Positions 10,996 to 20,467 of a DNA stretch of 64,000 bases are shown piece after piece. The notes under the pieces are model-generated. The model was not told the origin of the DNA. It did not search any database and saw only the letters and a program-made list of their open reading frames with translations. Origin of the DNA: Fervidobacterium sp. (lineage in GTDB: Bacteria; Thermotogota; Thermotogae; Thermotogales; Fervidobacteriaceae); the NCBI GenBank assembly GCA_049970055.1, contig JBMFNR010000002.1, positions 436,406 through 500,405 of the forward strand. The letters are read 5' to 3'. Position 1 is the stretch's first letter. The number at the start of each line of letters is the position of its first letter. A program made the translations under genes and the position numbers.

Positions 10996-13407
10996 TTATC
11001 CTTTCACAGCACCCTTTACAAGTCCACCAACAATATACTTTTGCATAATCAAGAAAAGCGCAACCATTGGGATCATTCCTATTAAGGCCGCTGCCGTGAA
11101 TAAGCCCCACTGTGTTTCAAATGGACCTGTTGAAAATGTGTAAAGACCTATCGCGTAAGTGTATTGTTTAACATCTTGAAGTATAATTCTCGCCAGTACA
11201 AACTCATTAAACGTTCCCATAAATGTTAATATTACAATGACAGCAAGAATTGGAGAAGCAAGTGGAAGTACGATTTTAACAAAAGTCTGCCACCTAGTTG
11301 CCCCGTCTATTAGTGCTGCTTCTTCAAGGGAATCAGGAATTGTATCATAATATCCTTTTATCAAATACATATTATACGCTATTCCTCCTAGATATGCAAA
11401 TATCAGACCTGAAAGCTTGTTAAGACCAAAGCCTGGAATATACTTTCCAGCAAATGATAAGAATGAATATATCGCTATCATATACATTATTGCTGGGAAC
11501 ATTTGGATAAGTAGTAGTGACATTATTCCGTACTTTCTACCTTTGAATCTCATCCTACTAAATGGATAGGCGGCAAGTGCTGTAACCGCTGTAATGATTA
11601 TTGACACAGTTAAAGCAACGATAACACTGTTAAGTATCCACCTAAGCATGTAATGGTCAGGTTTTCTTTGCCATATCTGATCAATTCTGAATGATGCACC
11701 ATCCAATGCTTTGAGGTACTTTTCTATATTCTTGTCTTTGAGTTTATCCGATAGCTCTGTTGCTTTTCTTGACATAACGTTCATATTTGGTACGACATTT
11801 GTTCTATAAGTTGAAAGCACAGTATCGGTTAGCTTTTCAAGAGACTGAGGTCTTACTTTTATCCCCGTTTTTGCAACGGGCATGAATTTAGGACCTTGTA
11901 ACTCAACATCGGCAAGGTACGTTTTGAGATCTCCTATAAAAGGTTTGTAATTTTCAACGAACAAATCGTAATTTGTGAACATGTCTTTGGCTACACCGGG
12001 CCAGTCGATATTTGAAACAAGTTTCCTTAACGTTTTTTGTTTTTTTTCGTCGTCCAAAGTATTCGCAAGATCTCCCACAATACCGAATACCTTCTTTGAT
12101 TGTAAATTCAAAAGTTGTAGTTGAACAGGTAACTTGAAGTTTTGGACTTTAGATTTGACTTCCTCAAGTTGTTTCTTAACAATTTGAGCTTTTACATAAG
12201 TAATTGCTGGTGAAATCTCTTGGTAAGTTTTGTTAAGCTCCTCGGTTGCTTTTTCAAGTTCCGCTTGAATTTGATTTAAATTTACTTTCTTTGGAGCAAT
12301 CTGGGCTTGTAATTCCAACATTGATGATGTTATGATATTTAACTTTTGAACTAGCGATACAGTTTCTTTAACTGTCCCTGCAATCCTTGTTGAGAAGATA
12401 TCGATTGTGTTTAAAAAATCCACAAAGGGAGCTTTGTCTTTTTGATCAAATTTGTTCCACTCCATGAGAATTACTCTGTAAAGTGTTTGAAATTGTAGCA
12501 ATAATCCATTGAGTTCTTCCAAATCTTTGAATTTGTCCGTATTAACTTTTAAGTTATTAATACCCTCGAGTGTTTGTTCAAATCTTAATCTTATTGGGGT
12601 ATCATCTGGCGTTATCTCGACAATCACTTTTGAGTTTTTAGCGGCATCAAGTAACTTTTTTGCCGAATCAAGCGCAAGTATATATTCTTTGAGCTGAGAT
12701 ATCAAGAACGAGTTTATCGTCCTTACTGTTGAAAGATACTGGCTTTGGTATCTTGCGTATGATTTTTCCAATGGATCTAATTCATTCTTTATTTGCTGTA
12801 TCTGAGAGCTAAGTTGCTCAATTTTCTGTTTTCTATCACCTATAAGTCTTTGCCATAGCGTCTCACCCTGGCTTGGATCTATATCATTAATTTCTGACAA
12901 ATCGTATCCATTGTTTTGTAGATCATATGCTGCAACTTCTAGGTATCGAGTAGGCTTTGTGAAATCAAGTTCTTTTATTATTTTGTCAATGTTTTTGTTA
13001 AATGATTTAATTATTTTGTCAGAGTTAGTTTCGAAATACTTTTTCATGTTTACTATGCTATCATCGATACTCTTTTTGAGGTTCTCGGTCTCTACAACAT
13101 ATTTTTTGAAAAGTTCGATATCTTTTTTCAAATACTCTTTTGCTTTGTCCAATGTATCTTTGTCATGAGGTGGTGCCATTAAAATGAGAGCATCGATGTC
13201 AGAAACGAGTCTTGGACCATTTTTTTCTGGCATGATAAGGTCTCTATAATTTTGCAAAGTTAACCTATTACTGAATAGTTTTGTTGAAAATGCTGCGTTG
13301 TCCCTTCTAAGTGATGTTGAAACTACCCAAACTACCGGGAATAATACAGCAACGGAAATAATTATTAAGATAATGTGAGTAAGTAATTTTCGTTCTTTTT
13401 TGACCAT
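10996..13407 (-). CDS. malG: Maltose/maltodextrin ABC permease MalG with large extracytoplasmic insertion
   Basis: AAYPFSRMRFKGR, EEAALIDGA (EAA loop), GLVKGAVKG. Confidence 0.9.
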   Translation of the reverse strand: MVKKERKLLTHIILIIISVAVLFPVVWVVSTSLRRDNAAFSTKLFSNRLTLQNYRDLIMPEKNGPRLVSDIDALILMAPPHDKDTLDKAKEYLKKDIELFKKYVVETENLKKSIDDSIVNMKKYFETNSDKIIKSFNKNIDKIIKELDFTKPTRYLEVAAYDLQNNGYDLSEINDIDPSQGETLWQRLIGDRKQKIEQLSSQIQQIKNELDPLEKSYARYQSQYLSTVRTINSFLISQLKEYILALDSAKKLLDAAKNSKVIVEITPDDTPIRLRFEQTLEGINNLKVNTDKFKDLEELNGLLLQFQTLYRVILMEWNKFDQKDKAPFVDFLNTIDIFSTRIAGTVKETVSLVQKLNIITSSMLELQAQIAPKKVNLNQIQAELEKATEELNKTYQEISPAITYVKAQIVKKQLEEVKSKVQNFKLPVQLQLLNLQSKKVFGIVGDLANTLDDEKKQKTLRKLVSNIDWPGVAKDMFTNYDLFVENYKPFIGDLKTYLADVELQGPKFMPVAKTGIKVRPQSLEKLTDTVLSTYRTNVVPNMNVMSRKATELSDKLKDKNIEKYLKALDGASFRIDQIWQRKPDHYMLRWILNSVIVALTVSIIITAVTALAAYPFSRMRFKGRKYGIMSLLLIQMFPAIMYMIAIYSFLSFAGKYIPGFGLNKLSGLIFAYLGGIAYNMYLIKGYYDTIPDSLEEAALIDGATRWQTFVKIVLPLASPILAVIVILTFMGTFNEFVLARIILQDVKQYTYAIGLYTFSTGPFETQWGLFTAAALIGMIPMVALFLIMQKYIVGGLVKGAVKG

Positions 13408-15113
13408 TATCTATTCACCTCTTCAAATGAACCTGATAGTTTGAAATTTATGAAACTCAAACTACCAACGATCAAGAATATAAGTATGGAAATTGCCGAT
13501 GCAAATCCAAAATCTTGACCACGGCCACCTTCAAATGCAAGTTTGTATGTGTACGATATGAGTATATCCGTTGAACCTGCTGGCGTAGTTGTATTCGGCA
13601 TTGCTGGTCCACCACCGGTGAGCAGGTAAATGTTCACGAAATTGTTGAAATTAAATGCAAAGCTGCCAACAAGTAAAGGTGCCACTGTTGTCATGAGAAG
13701 CGGAAAAGTAATCTTCCAAAATCTTTGCCATTTCGTTGCCCCGTCTATAGCTGCCGCTTCGTAGTAGTCTTCCGGAATACTTTGAAGCGCACCTAATGTA
13801 ACAACCATCATGTATGGAAATCCAAGCCACGTATTAACTGTTAAGACTGCAACCTTTGCCCAAAACGGATCGTTCATCCACTTAATTGGTTCGCCACCAA
13901 GTAGTTTTGTTACAATAAATTTATTTATTAAACCGTAAGTTTCATTGAAGAAACCGTTTTTCCACACCAAAACAGAAATAAAAGCTGGTATTGCCCATGG
14001 AATAATCAGTAGCGAGCGGTAAATCGTCCGACCACGTAGGTTAGGATTGTTTAAAACCAAGGCAAGAATTAATCCTATAACAAACGTAAACAGAACACTT
14101 AGTGCAGCCCAGGTGAAGTTCCAAACGAATATTTTTGCAAATGGGCCGGACACAGTTTGGTCAGTGAGTATCCTTGTAAAGTTTTTCAGACCATATCCAG
14201 ATATATATCCGGCAACTGTAACTTTTTCACCTTTTTCGTTTGTGTCATATATCGTACCGTTTTCTTCGATTAAGGGTTTTCCTGTTGAAGTGTTTATAAG
14301 AACTGTTTTAACAACACTCTTACCATTTTCTATAACCTCAGCTAGACCAAGTTTGTACATATGTTTAATCTCATACAATAATAACTTTCCTTCCTCGTTT
14401 TGTCTTATGGAATATCTATTGGTAAACGCATCTACAAATTCTATTTTACTCAATATGGGGAAAAGTATAGAGTATTTAAAATATTCTTCATTAATAGCTG
14501 TTGATGAGTCTTCGGGTGAGTAGAAATATTTGTATATCTTTCCGCTGTAATTTATTAATTCAACTCTACCGTTTTGAATTTCTGTCTTTACGTTGCTATC
14601 ACTAACCTTTATCAATTCGGATTCACCAAGAATCAATTCACCAGCTTCCGCTTTTAATGTTCTGAAATCTTTTGCTATGTAAGTTGTCGTTGTGTCTTTT
14701 AATAAAACTACAAAGTCTTTTGTTGGTTGAGTACCATCGAATCTCACATAAACAAAGTATTTCATCTTTGTGCCATCATCGATGGTATAAGTGTAAATGG
14801 GATCAACGAGTAACCTTTCAATAACTTCTTGTCTTGTCATAATGTGGCCAGTACCATAATTTGTAAAAGCTGTTCTGATAGTAAATGCAATCGGGTAAAG
14901 TACCAATATAAAAAGCAGAATAAGGGCAGGTATCATGTATCTATATGGATATCCTGCTGGATTTATTATTATAAAATCGATAAGAAAGATCAAAACGAAC
15001 AAAGTTACCGATAATTCGTAAAATCCTCTTTGAAAAAGAAAAAGCCCTCCAAGGATTACAAATATTGTGAACAAAACAAGAACAATCCAGCCTATGAATT
15101 TTAGTATCTTCAT
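13407..15113 (-). CDS. malF: Maltose/maltodextrin ABC permease MalF
   Basis: AFTNY, PWAIPAFIS, YEAAAIDGA, FAFNFNNF, TDILISY. Confidence 0.93.
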   Translation of the reverse strand: MKILKFIGWIVLVLFTIFVILGGLFLFQRGFYELSVTLFVLIFLIDFIIINPAGYPYRYMIPALILLFILVLYPIAFTIRTAFTNYGTGHIMTRQEVIERLLVDPIYTYTIDDGTKMKYFVYVRFDGTQPTKDFVVLLKDTTTTYIAKDFRTLKAEAGELILGESELIKVSDSNVKTEIQNGRVELINYSGKIYKYFYSPEDSSTAINEEYFKYSILFPILSKIEFVDAFTNRYSIRQNEEGKLLLYEIKHMYKLGLAEVIENGKSVVKTVLINTSTGKPLIEENGTIYDTNEKGEKVTVAGYISGYGLKNFTRILTDQTVSGPFAKIFVWNFTWAALSVLFTFVIGLILALVLNNPNLRGRTIYRSLLIIPWAIPAFISVLVWKNGFFNETYGLINKFIVTKLLGGEPIKWMNDPFWAKVAVLTVNTWLGFPYMMVVTLGALQSIPEDYYEAAAIDGATKWQRFWKITFPLLMTTVAPLLVGSFAFNFNNFVNIYLLTGGGPAMPNTTTPAGSTDILISYTYKLAFEGGRGQDFGFASAISILIFLIVGSLSFINFKLSGSFEEVNR

Positions 15114-15162
15114 CGATTCTTCCTCCTCGTAAACGACACATTAAGATACATTAGAAAAATTA

Positions 15163-15192
15163 ATAAAAGGCACGGGGGCATTCCCCCGTGCC
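15163..15192 (-). terminator. Stem-loop between malE and malF (partial terminator or mRNA stabiliser)
   Basis: GGCACGGGGG-CATT-CCCCCGTGCC with a T-tract on the minus strand. Confidence 0.75.
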
Positions 15193-15209
15193 CCACATTT
15201 TTCAAAAGA

Positions 15210-16397
15210 TTACTTAATTTGTGCTTTAATTTGTGCGACCGCGTCTGCAAGTGCTTTTTCTGCAGGTACTCCCTGGTCAAGTGCTTTTGCTAAAGCATCA
15301 CCCATTGCTCCCCAAACTGCGGCCATTTCTGGAACATTTGGCATTGGAAGACCGTATTTACCAAGGAAATCAGCAAACTTCTTTGTAAGTGGGTCTTTTT
15401 GCATAACAAGTTCGTTAACATCTGTTCTTGATGGGCATCTTGGGTCTGCTTGCCAAATTTGGTACATTACGTCCTTTGTTGCGATGAATTTTGTTAGGAA
15501 GTCAAGCGCAAAGAGTTTATTCTTGCTTTTTGCGTTAACCATGAATCCTTGTGCACCGAAGAATGGTTTTGGAGCCTTTCCGCCAGGAAGTGTTGGAATT
15601 GGTGCAACATCGAAGTTAATACCTGCTTGTTTGTATCCTGGGACTGCCCATGGACCGTTAAGAATCATAGCAGCTTGACCGTCTTTGAAAAGGCCATCCA
15701 TTGTATTGTAGTTGTCACCAGATGTGAGTATTTTTTCGTCAACAAGTTTCTTTATTAGTTTCAGTCCTTCGATTGCACCCGCGTTCGCAAGTCCGACATC
15801 TTTCACGTTAACTTTTCCTGATTTGTCTGTTCCGAATACATATCCACCCATTCCGAAGAACGCAAATGAGCTGAAGTAGAAGTTTTTGTAATCGTAAATA
15901 AACCCTCTAACTTCTCCACCATAATCTTTTTCGATACTCTTTGCGAGGGCAATTAATTCATCCCATGTTTTCGGTGGGTTTTGTACGTAATCTTTGTTGT
16001 ACATTAGTGCTGGACCGTCAAAAGCGTATGGTATACCGTAGAGTTTTCCGTTGTAAGTAAATCCTTGAAGTGGTGTTGGGAAGTATTTTTCTTTTTCTGG
16101 AAGGTTGATTGGTTCAAGTAATCCGTTAACAACAAGTTCTCCAACCCAGTCGTGTGCACCAACAATGATATCTGGTCCTTCTCCTGCTGGAGCTGCTGTT
16201 AAGAATTTCGATTTGATGTCACCAAAGTTGACTTGTACAACATCAACTTGTACACCATATTTTGCCTTGTACTGATCTGCAAGTTTCTTGAGAATTGGTA
16301 CCTGTGCTTCCGATGTCCAAATAGTGATCTTTTTTGCTTGAGCAAATGCCAAGAAAACAAACAATGCCACCAAAATAACTGTGAGCAGTTTCCTCAT
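15210..16397 (-). CDS. malE: Maltose/maltodextrin-binding protein
   Basis: Signal peptide, GEGPDIIVGAHDW, NGPWA, MPNVPEM..VW. Confidence 0.93.
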   Translation of the reverse strand: MRKLLTVILVALFVFLAFAQAKKITIWTSEAQVPILKKLADQYKAKYGVQVDVVQVNFGDIKSKFLTAAPAGEGPDIIVGAHDWVGELVVNGLLEPINLPEKEKYFPTPLQGFTYNGKLYGIPYAFDGPALMYNKDYVQNPPKTWDELIALAKSIEKDYGGEVRGFIYDYKNFYFSSFAFFGMGGYVFGTDKSGKVNVKDVGLANAGAIEGLKLIKKLVDEKILTSGDNYNTMDGLFKDGQAAMILNGPWAVPGYKQAGINFDVAPIPTLPGGKAPKPFFGAQGFMVNAKSKNKLFALDFLTKFIATKDVMYQIWQADPRCPSRTDVNELVMQKDPLTKKFADFLGKYGLPMPNVPEMAAVWGAMGDALAKALDQGVPAEKALADAVAQIKAQIK

Positions 16398-16713
16398 ACA
16401 CTCTACCTCCCTTTTCTAAAATGGTGTGTTTCGAGAAATTTCATTCTTAAATCGCCGAGCCAAAAATATTATACTACAATTTAAACTAAAGTAAACAACT
16501 CTTTGGAATAGTTTCCATCCAATAGCAAAAATTACCATACCTAAGCATACAAAAGCATAAAAATGATACAATCAGTGATCTCCACCCTATTTTTCATTTT
16601 TCGTAATAGCGGATATTGAAATTTAATGGCAAATGGAGTATATTATATCCTGTAATTATAGATTACATGTGATGAGATTTCTGAGTCAATACAGATTGTA
16701 GGAGGTGTAAAAG

Positions 16714-18057
16714 ATGGAGAAAAAAAGAAGAAGAGTGATCATTTTGGGTGCTGCCGGAAGAGATTTCCATAACTTTAACACATTCTTTAGAAACAACCCA
16801 GATTACGAGGTAGTTGCATTCACTGCAACTCAAATACCAGATATATCCGGAAGAATTTACCCACCAGAACTAGCAGGTCCACTTTATCCAAATGGTATTC
16901 CTATTGAAGATGAAGCAAAACTTCCAGAACTTGTTAAAAAATATGACGTTGACGAAGTAATTCTTGCTTACAGTGACTTGCCGCACCAGTACGTTATGGA
17001 AAGAGCTTCCATTGCTTTAGCTTCTGGAGCAGACTTCAAATTGATGGGACCCAAGGCCACAATGATAGAATCCACAAAACCAGTTGTCTCGGTATGTGCA
17101 ATAAGAACAGGCTGTGGAAAAAGTCAAACAACAAGGAGAGTTCTTGACATTCTTAGAAGCAAGGGTATGAAAGTTATTTCTATTAGACATCCAATGCCAT
17201 ATGGTGATTTAGTCGCCCAGAAGGTTCAGAGATTTGCGGATTATTCAGACCTTGATAAACACAACTGTACAATAGAAGAACGCGAAGAATATGAACCACA
17301 CATTGATAGAAAAAGTGTTATATACGCTGGTGTTGACTACGAGGCAATTTTAAGATCAGCTGAAGCGGAGAATCCCGATGTTATTCTCTGGGATGGTGGA
17401 AACAACGACTTCCCATTTTACAAATCAGATCTTAAGATTGTTGTTGTTGATCCACACAGACCAGGTCATGAAATTTCTTACTATCCAGGTATGGCAAACC
17501 TACTTATGGCGGATGTTATTGTGATAAACAAAGAAGAGACGGCTAATAGAGACGATATCGAGACTGTGAGAAAGAACATCGCAAAATGGAACCCCAATGC
17601 CATAGTTGTTGATGCCGCATCACCAATTTTCGTTGATGACCCATCAATGATTAGAGGTAAGAAAGTACTCGTTGTGGAAGATGGACCAACTCTAACACAC
17701 GGAGAAATGAGATACGGCGCAGGTTTCGTCGCAGCAAAAAGATTTGGTGCGAAAGAAATCATCGATCCAAGACCATTCGCGGTTGGTTCAATAGTCGAGA
17801 CGTACAAGAAATACAACCATCTTGATGTGATTCTTCCAGCAATGGGGTATGGCGAAAAGCAGATTAAAGAGCTTGAAGAAACAATCAACAAATCAGATGC
17901 CGATGTTGTCATAATTGGAACTCCAATTGATCTTAGAAGGGTTATGAAATTGAACAAACCGGCTGTTAGAGTGAGGTATGAATTGCAAGAAATCGGTGAA
18001 CCAACACTCGAACAGATTCTCACAGATTTTCTCAGACAAAAAGGTTTACTAAAGTAA
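16714..18057 (+). CDS. P-loop NTPase of the cyclic 2,3-diphosphoglycerate synthetase-like family; probable arginine synthetase
   Basis: GAAGRDFHNFN, RTGCGKSQT, IRHPMPYG, WDGGNND, EDGPTLTHG. Confidence 0.7.
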   Translation: MEKKRRRVIILGAAGRDFHNFNTFFRNNPDYEVVAFTATQIPDISGRIYPPELAGPLYPNGIPIEDEAKLPELVKKYDVDEVILAYSDLPHQYVMERASIALASGADFKLMGPKATMIESTKPVVSVCAIRTGCGKSQTTRRVLDILRSKGMKVISIRHPMPYGDLVAQKVQRFADYSDLDKHNCTIEEREEYEPHIDRKSVIYAGVDYEAILRSAEAENPDVILWDGGNNDFPFYKSDLKIVVVDPHRPGHEISYYPGMANLLMADVIVINKEETANRDDIETVRKNIAKWNPNAIVVDAASPIFVDDPSMIRGKKVLVVEDGPTLTHGEMRYGAGFVAAKRFGAKEIIDPRPFAVGSIVETYKKYNHLDVILPAMGYGEKQIKELEETINKSDADVVIIGTPIDLRRVMKLNKPAVRVRYELQEIGEPTLEQILTDFLRQKGLLK

Positions 18058-18073
18058 CAATTATGTAAACTAA

Positions 18074-18107
18074 AAAAGCAGCGTGCAAATGTTTGCACGC
18101 TGCTTTT
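18074..18107. terminator. Bidirectional intrinsic terminator
   Basis: AAAAGCAGCGTGCAAA-TG-TTTGCACGCTGCTTTT. Confidence 0.85.
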
Positions 18108-18126
18108 AGTTTACTTTATTACGCTT

Positions 18127-18351
18127 TTATGCCGTCACGTCTAGGTTTTTTCCTTGGAATAGTTCTCCGGCGATCCTAACAAGTTTCACGTTCACATCTT
18201 GTTGTTTGTAAAGTGCAAAATTAAGCACTTGCAGAGTGAGATCTTTTATCTGCTGTACTTGAGCTGTTTGCGACTGATCTCTATTAGCTACTTTTCTTGC
18301 GTAAACGTTTTGTAGCGTGTATGGGTTCACATCCATGCCTTCAATTCTCAT
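18127..18351 (-). CDS. Small protein (74 aa), YjfB-like C-terminus; start moved to 18351
   Basis: GAGGTG RBS at 18358-18363 before MRIEGMD; ends GKNLDVTA. Confidence 0.6.
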   Translation of the reverse strand: MRIEGMDVNPYTLQNVYARKVANRDQSQTAQVQQIKDLTLQVLNFALYKQQDVNVKLVRIAGELFQGKNLDVTA

Positions 18352-19558
18352 ATGTATCACCTCTTTGTACCGTAAAAACAGTTCTTTCATCCGTACTTGA
18401 AACCATGATCTTGAGACCAAGTTTTGTTGCGATTTCTTTGGCAATATATAATCCAAGTCCTGTACCGTCTGAATTTTTTCCTTTGTAAAATCTTTCAAAT
18501 ATTTTATCTAAATCTTCTTCTGGAATCTTTTCGCCATGATTTTCAACCTCTATCTTTTCATTTGATAGGTGTAAAATGACTGGTGCGGCACCGTGCGTAA
18601 ATGCGTTGCTTAACAATATCGTTAAAATAATTCCAAGCCCTTCTTTGTGTGTTTTCATTGTACCATTCCCGTTGATGTAAATTTCTTTTTCTTTAAATTT
18701 ATGCGTGATGATGTCATCAATGAATTGTTTTAAGTCTATCCTTTCTTCTGTCAATGAGTCAACCCTTGCTATTAGTAGCATATTTTCAATGATTTCTTTT
18801 ATCTCTTTACTACTCTCCTCTATAGCGTTAACAGCTTCATTGAGAATCTTTTCATCTTTCGTACCCCAGCGTTTTAACATGCTTACATATCCAAGTAAAT
18901 TTGTTACCGGTGTTCTAAGTTCGTGCGAAACTGCTGAAACAAATGATTCTTGAGACCTGTAAGATCTTTCTATTCGCCCCATTAGATCGTTAAATTTAGA
19001 AATCAGTTCTGAGACTTCCGAACTTCTTGATTTAACATTTATCCTGTACGCCAAATCTGTGCCACCAAGATTTTCTATCTCATTTATAAATTCTCTTAGA
19101 TCTCGAACACTACTGTGGGACAATGCGTACGTTGACAAAAAGATGAAAAGACCAATGAACAGGATTGCGACAACGAATATGGTTCGTATCGAGTACAAGA
19201 ATTTCATTGTTGGCGTTATATCTCTGCCGATAACAATTTTTTGGTACTTCACAAAGTAAAAATATCTATCATCGATTCTTTGAAAACCTTGTGTATCAAT
19301 TACACCTATGCCGTATGGATCGCTTATTATCTCCTTGCTTTCAGCATCAGCAGCGTATAAATCCCACCTTGTTACTATATACTGTGGGCCAAATGGTGTA
19401 TGAACGATTAAAACCGAGCGTTCTATATTTCCCATATCGTTGATTATATTTCTTTCTGCAACAAAGGTAAAATACCGGTAGATAGCAAACAGTACGATTC
19501 CAACGATAAAAACCGTGGCAAAGGTGTTAAGTAATGAGAGCTTAGTTGCTAGTTTCAA
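18341..19558 (-). CDS. Sensor histidine kinase (HAMP-HisKA-HATPase); start probably TTG 19558
   Basis: Two TM helices, SHELRTP H-box, NAFTH, IFERFY, GTGLGL. Confidence 0.92.
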   Translation of the reverse strand: MKLATKLSLLNTFATVFIVGIVLFAIYRYFTFVAERNIINDMGNIERSVLIVHTPFGPQYIVTRWDLYAADAESKEIISDPYGIGVIDTQGFQRIDDRYFYFVKYQKIVIGRDITPTMKFLYSIRTIFVVAILFIGLFIFLSTYALSHSSVRDLREFINEIENLGGTDLAYRINVKSRSSEVSELISKFNDLMGRIERSYRSQESFVSAVSHELRTPVTNLLGYVSMLKRWGTKDEKILNEAVNAIEESSKEIKEIIENMLLIARVDSLTEERIDLKQFIDDIITHKFKEKEIYINGNGTMKTHKEGLGIILTILLSNAFTHGAAPVILHLSNEKIEVENHGEKIPEEDLDKIFERFYKGKNSDGTGLGLYIAKEIATKLGLKIMVSSTDERTVFTVQRGDTYEN

Positions 19559-20249
19559 TGTGTTCACCATCCAATTTGTAGCCAACACCACGGACTGTTT
19601 TTATTAAATCCGGCGAGAGTTTTTTTCTAAGGTAATTCACGTACACTTCAACAGTATTATCTGAACCATAGTAATCTATTCCCCACACAGCATCTAAAAT
19701 TTCTTCTTTGCTTACAACTTTACCTTTGTTTTTAGCCAAGTAAAGTAAGAGTTCAAATTCAGTTTTGCTTAGATCAACGTCTTTGCCATTATATCTTACT
19801 CTTCTTTGATGTTCGTAAATTTCAAGAATTCCTAACTTTATCGGTGTTGATACGGAAATATTTTTCCTTCTCAAAAGTGCTCGAATTCTTGCGAGCAATT
19901 CCTCATTATCAAATGGCTTTGTCATATAATCATCTGCACCAGATTCAAAACCCTCAAGCTTATCTTTTTTCATCCCCAGTGCTGTCAGCATAAGTATTAA
20001 GACATCTGGGCTTAGTTTACGCAGGCTCTTTGCAACCTCATATCCGTCCATGTCTGGAAGCATAATATCTAGAATAACAAGTTCAGGCTTTTCATTTCTG
20101 AATTCTTCTATCGCATCGAGCCCATTTTCATACGATACCACTTCGTAACCTGCGTGTTCAAGCTCTATTTCTAATAACCTTCTTAATTTCTTATCGTCTT
20201 CAACAATCATTAATTTAACCTTATTTCGGTTATTTTTTACCTCAGTCAT
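19542..20249 (-). CDS. OmpR/PhoB-family response regulator
   Basis: VEDD, LDIMLP, GADDYMTKPF, VEVYVNYLRKKL, TVRGVGY. Confidence 0.95.
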   Translation of the reverse strand: MTEVKNNRNKVKLMIVEDDKKLRRLLEIELEHAGYEVVSYENGLDAIEEFRNEKPELVILDIMLPDMDGYEVAKSLRKLSPDVLILMLTALGMKKDKLEGFESGADDYMTKPFDNEELLARIRALLRRKNISVSTPIKLGILEIYEHQRRVRYNGKDVDLSKTEFELLLYLAKNKGKVVSKEEILDAVWGIDYYGSDNTVEVYVNYLRKKLSPDLIKTVRGVGYKLDGEHIETSN

Positions 20250-20277
20250 AACAGAGCCTCCGTTTGTTTATTTACTC

Positions 20278-20305
20278 TTGAAAAAACTAATTATTGTGTT
20301 ATAAT
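20278..20305 (+). promoter_or_regulatory. Sigma70 promoter of tRNA-Ser
   Basis: TTGAAA(20278)-16 nt-TATAAT(20300). Confidence 0.65.
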
Positions 20306-20307
20306 CA

Positions 20308-20350
20308 TTTCTTGGATGGATCTTGAACGGATCTTGGAAAAATCTTGGAC
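20308..20350. repeat. Four direct repeats (TCTTG[G/A]A) at an exact 11-bp period
   Basis: Cores start at 20310, 20321, 20332, 20343. Confidence 0.85.
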
Positions 20351-20438
20351 GGAGGCGTGTCCGAATGGCTAAGGAGCCGGTCTCGAAAATCGGTGGACCC
20401 TACGGTCCTTGTGGGTTCGAGTCCCACCGCCTCCGCCA
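20351..20438 (+). tRNA. tRNA-Ser(CGA)
   Basis: GGAGGCG/CGCCTCC acceptor stem, CT-CGA-AA loop, long variable arm, GTTCGA, encoded CCA. Confidence 0.96.
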
Positions 20439-20467
20439 ATTTTTGTTTTTCTAGTATATTCTCCTAA

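Noticed and set aside
17481..18098. 205-aa antisense ORF (likewise 3559-3951, 4369-4950, 14047-14523, 40125-40607, 51453-51983, 59566-60114)
   Set aside because: Shadow frames of well-supported genes, with S/F/I-biased composition and no motifs
20308..20350. Repeats as a mini-CRISPR or iterons
   Set aside because: Units are only 11 bp with no spacers, and no cas or rep gene is present; kept as a regulatory candidate
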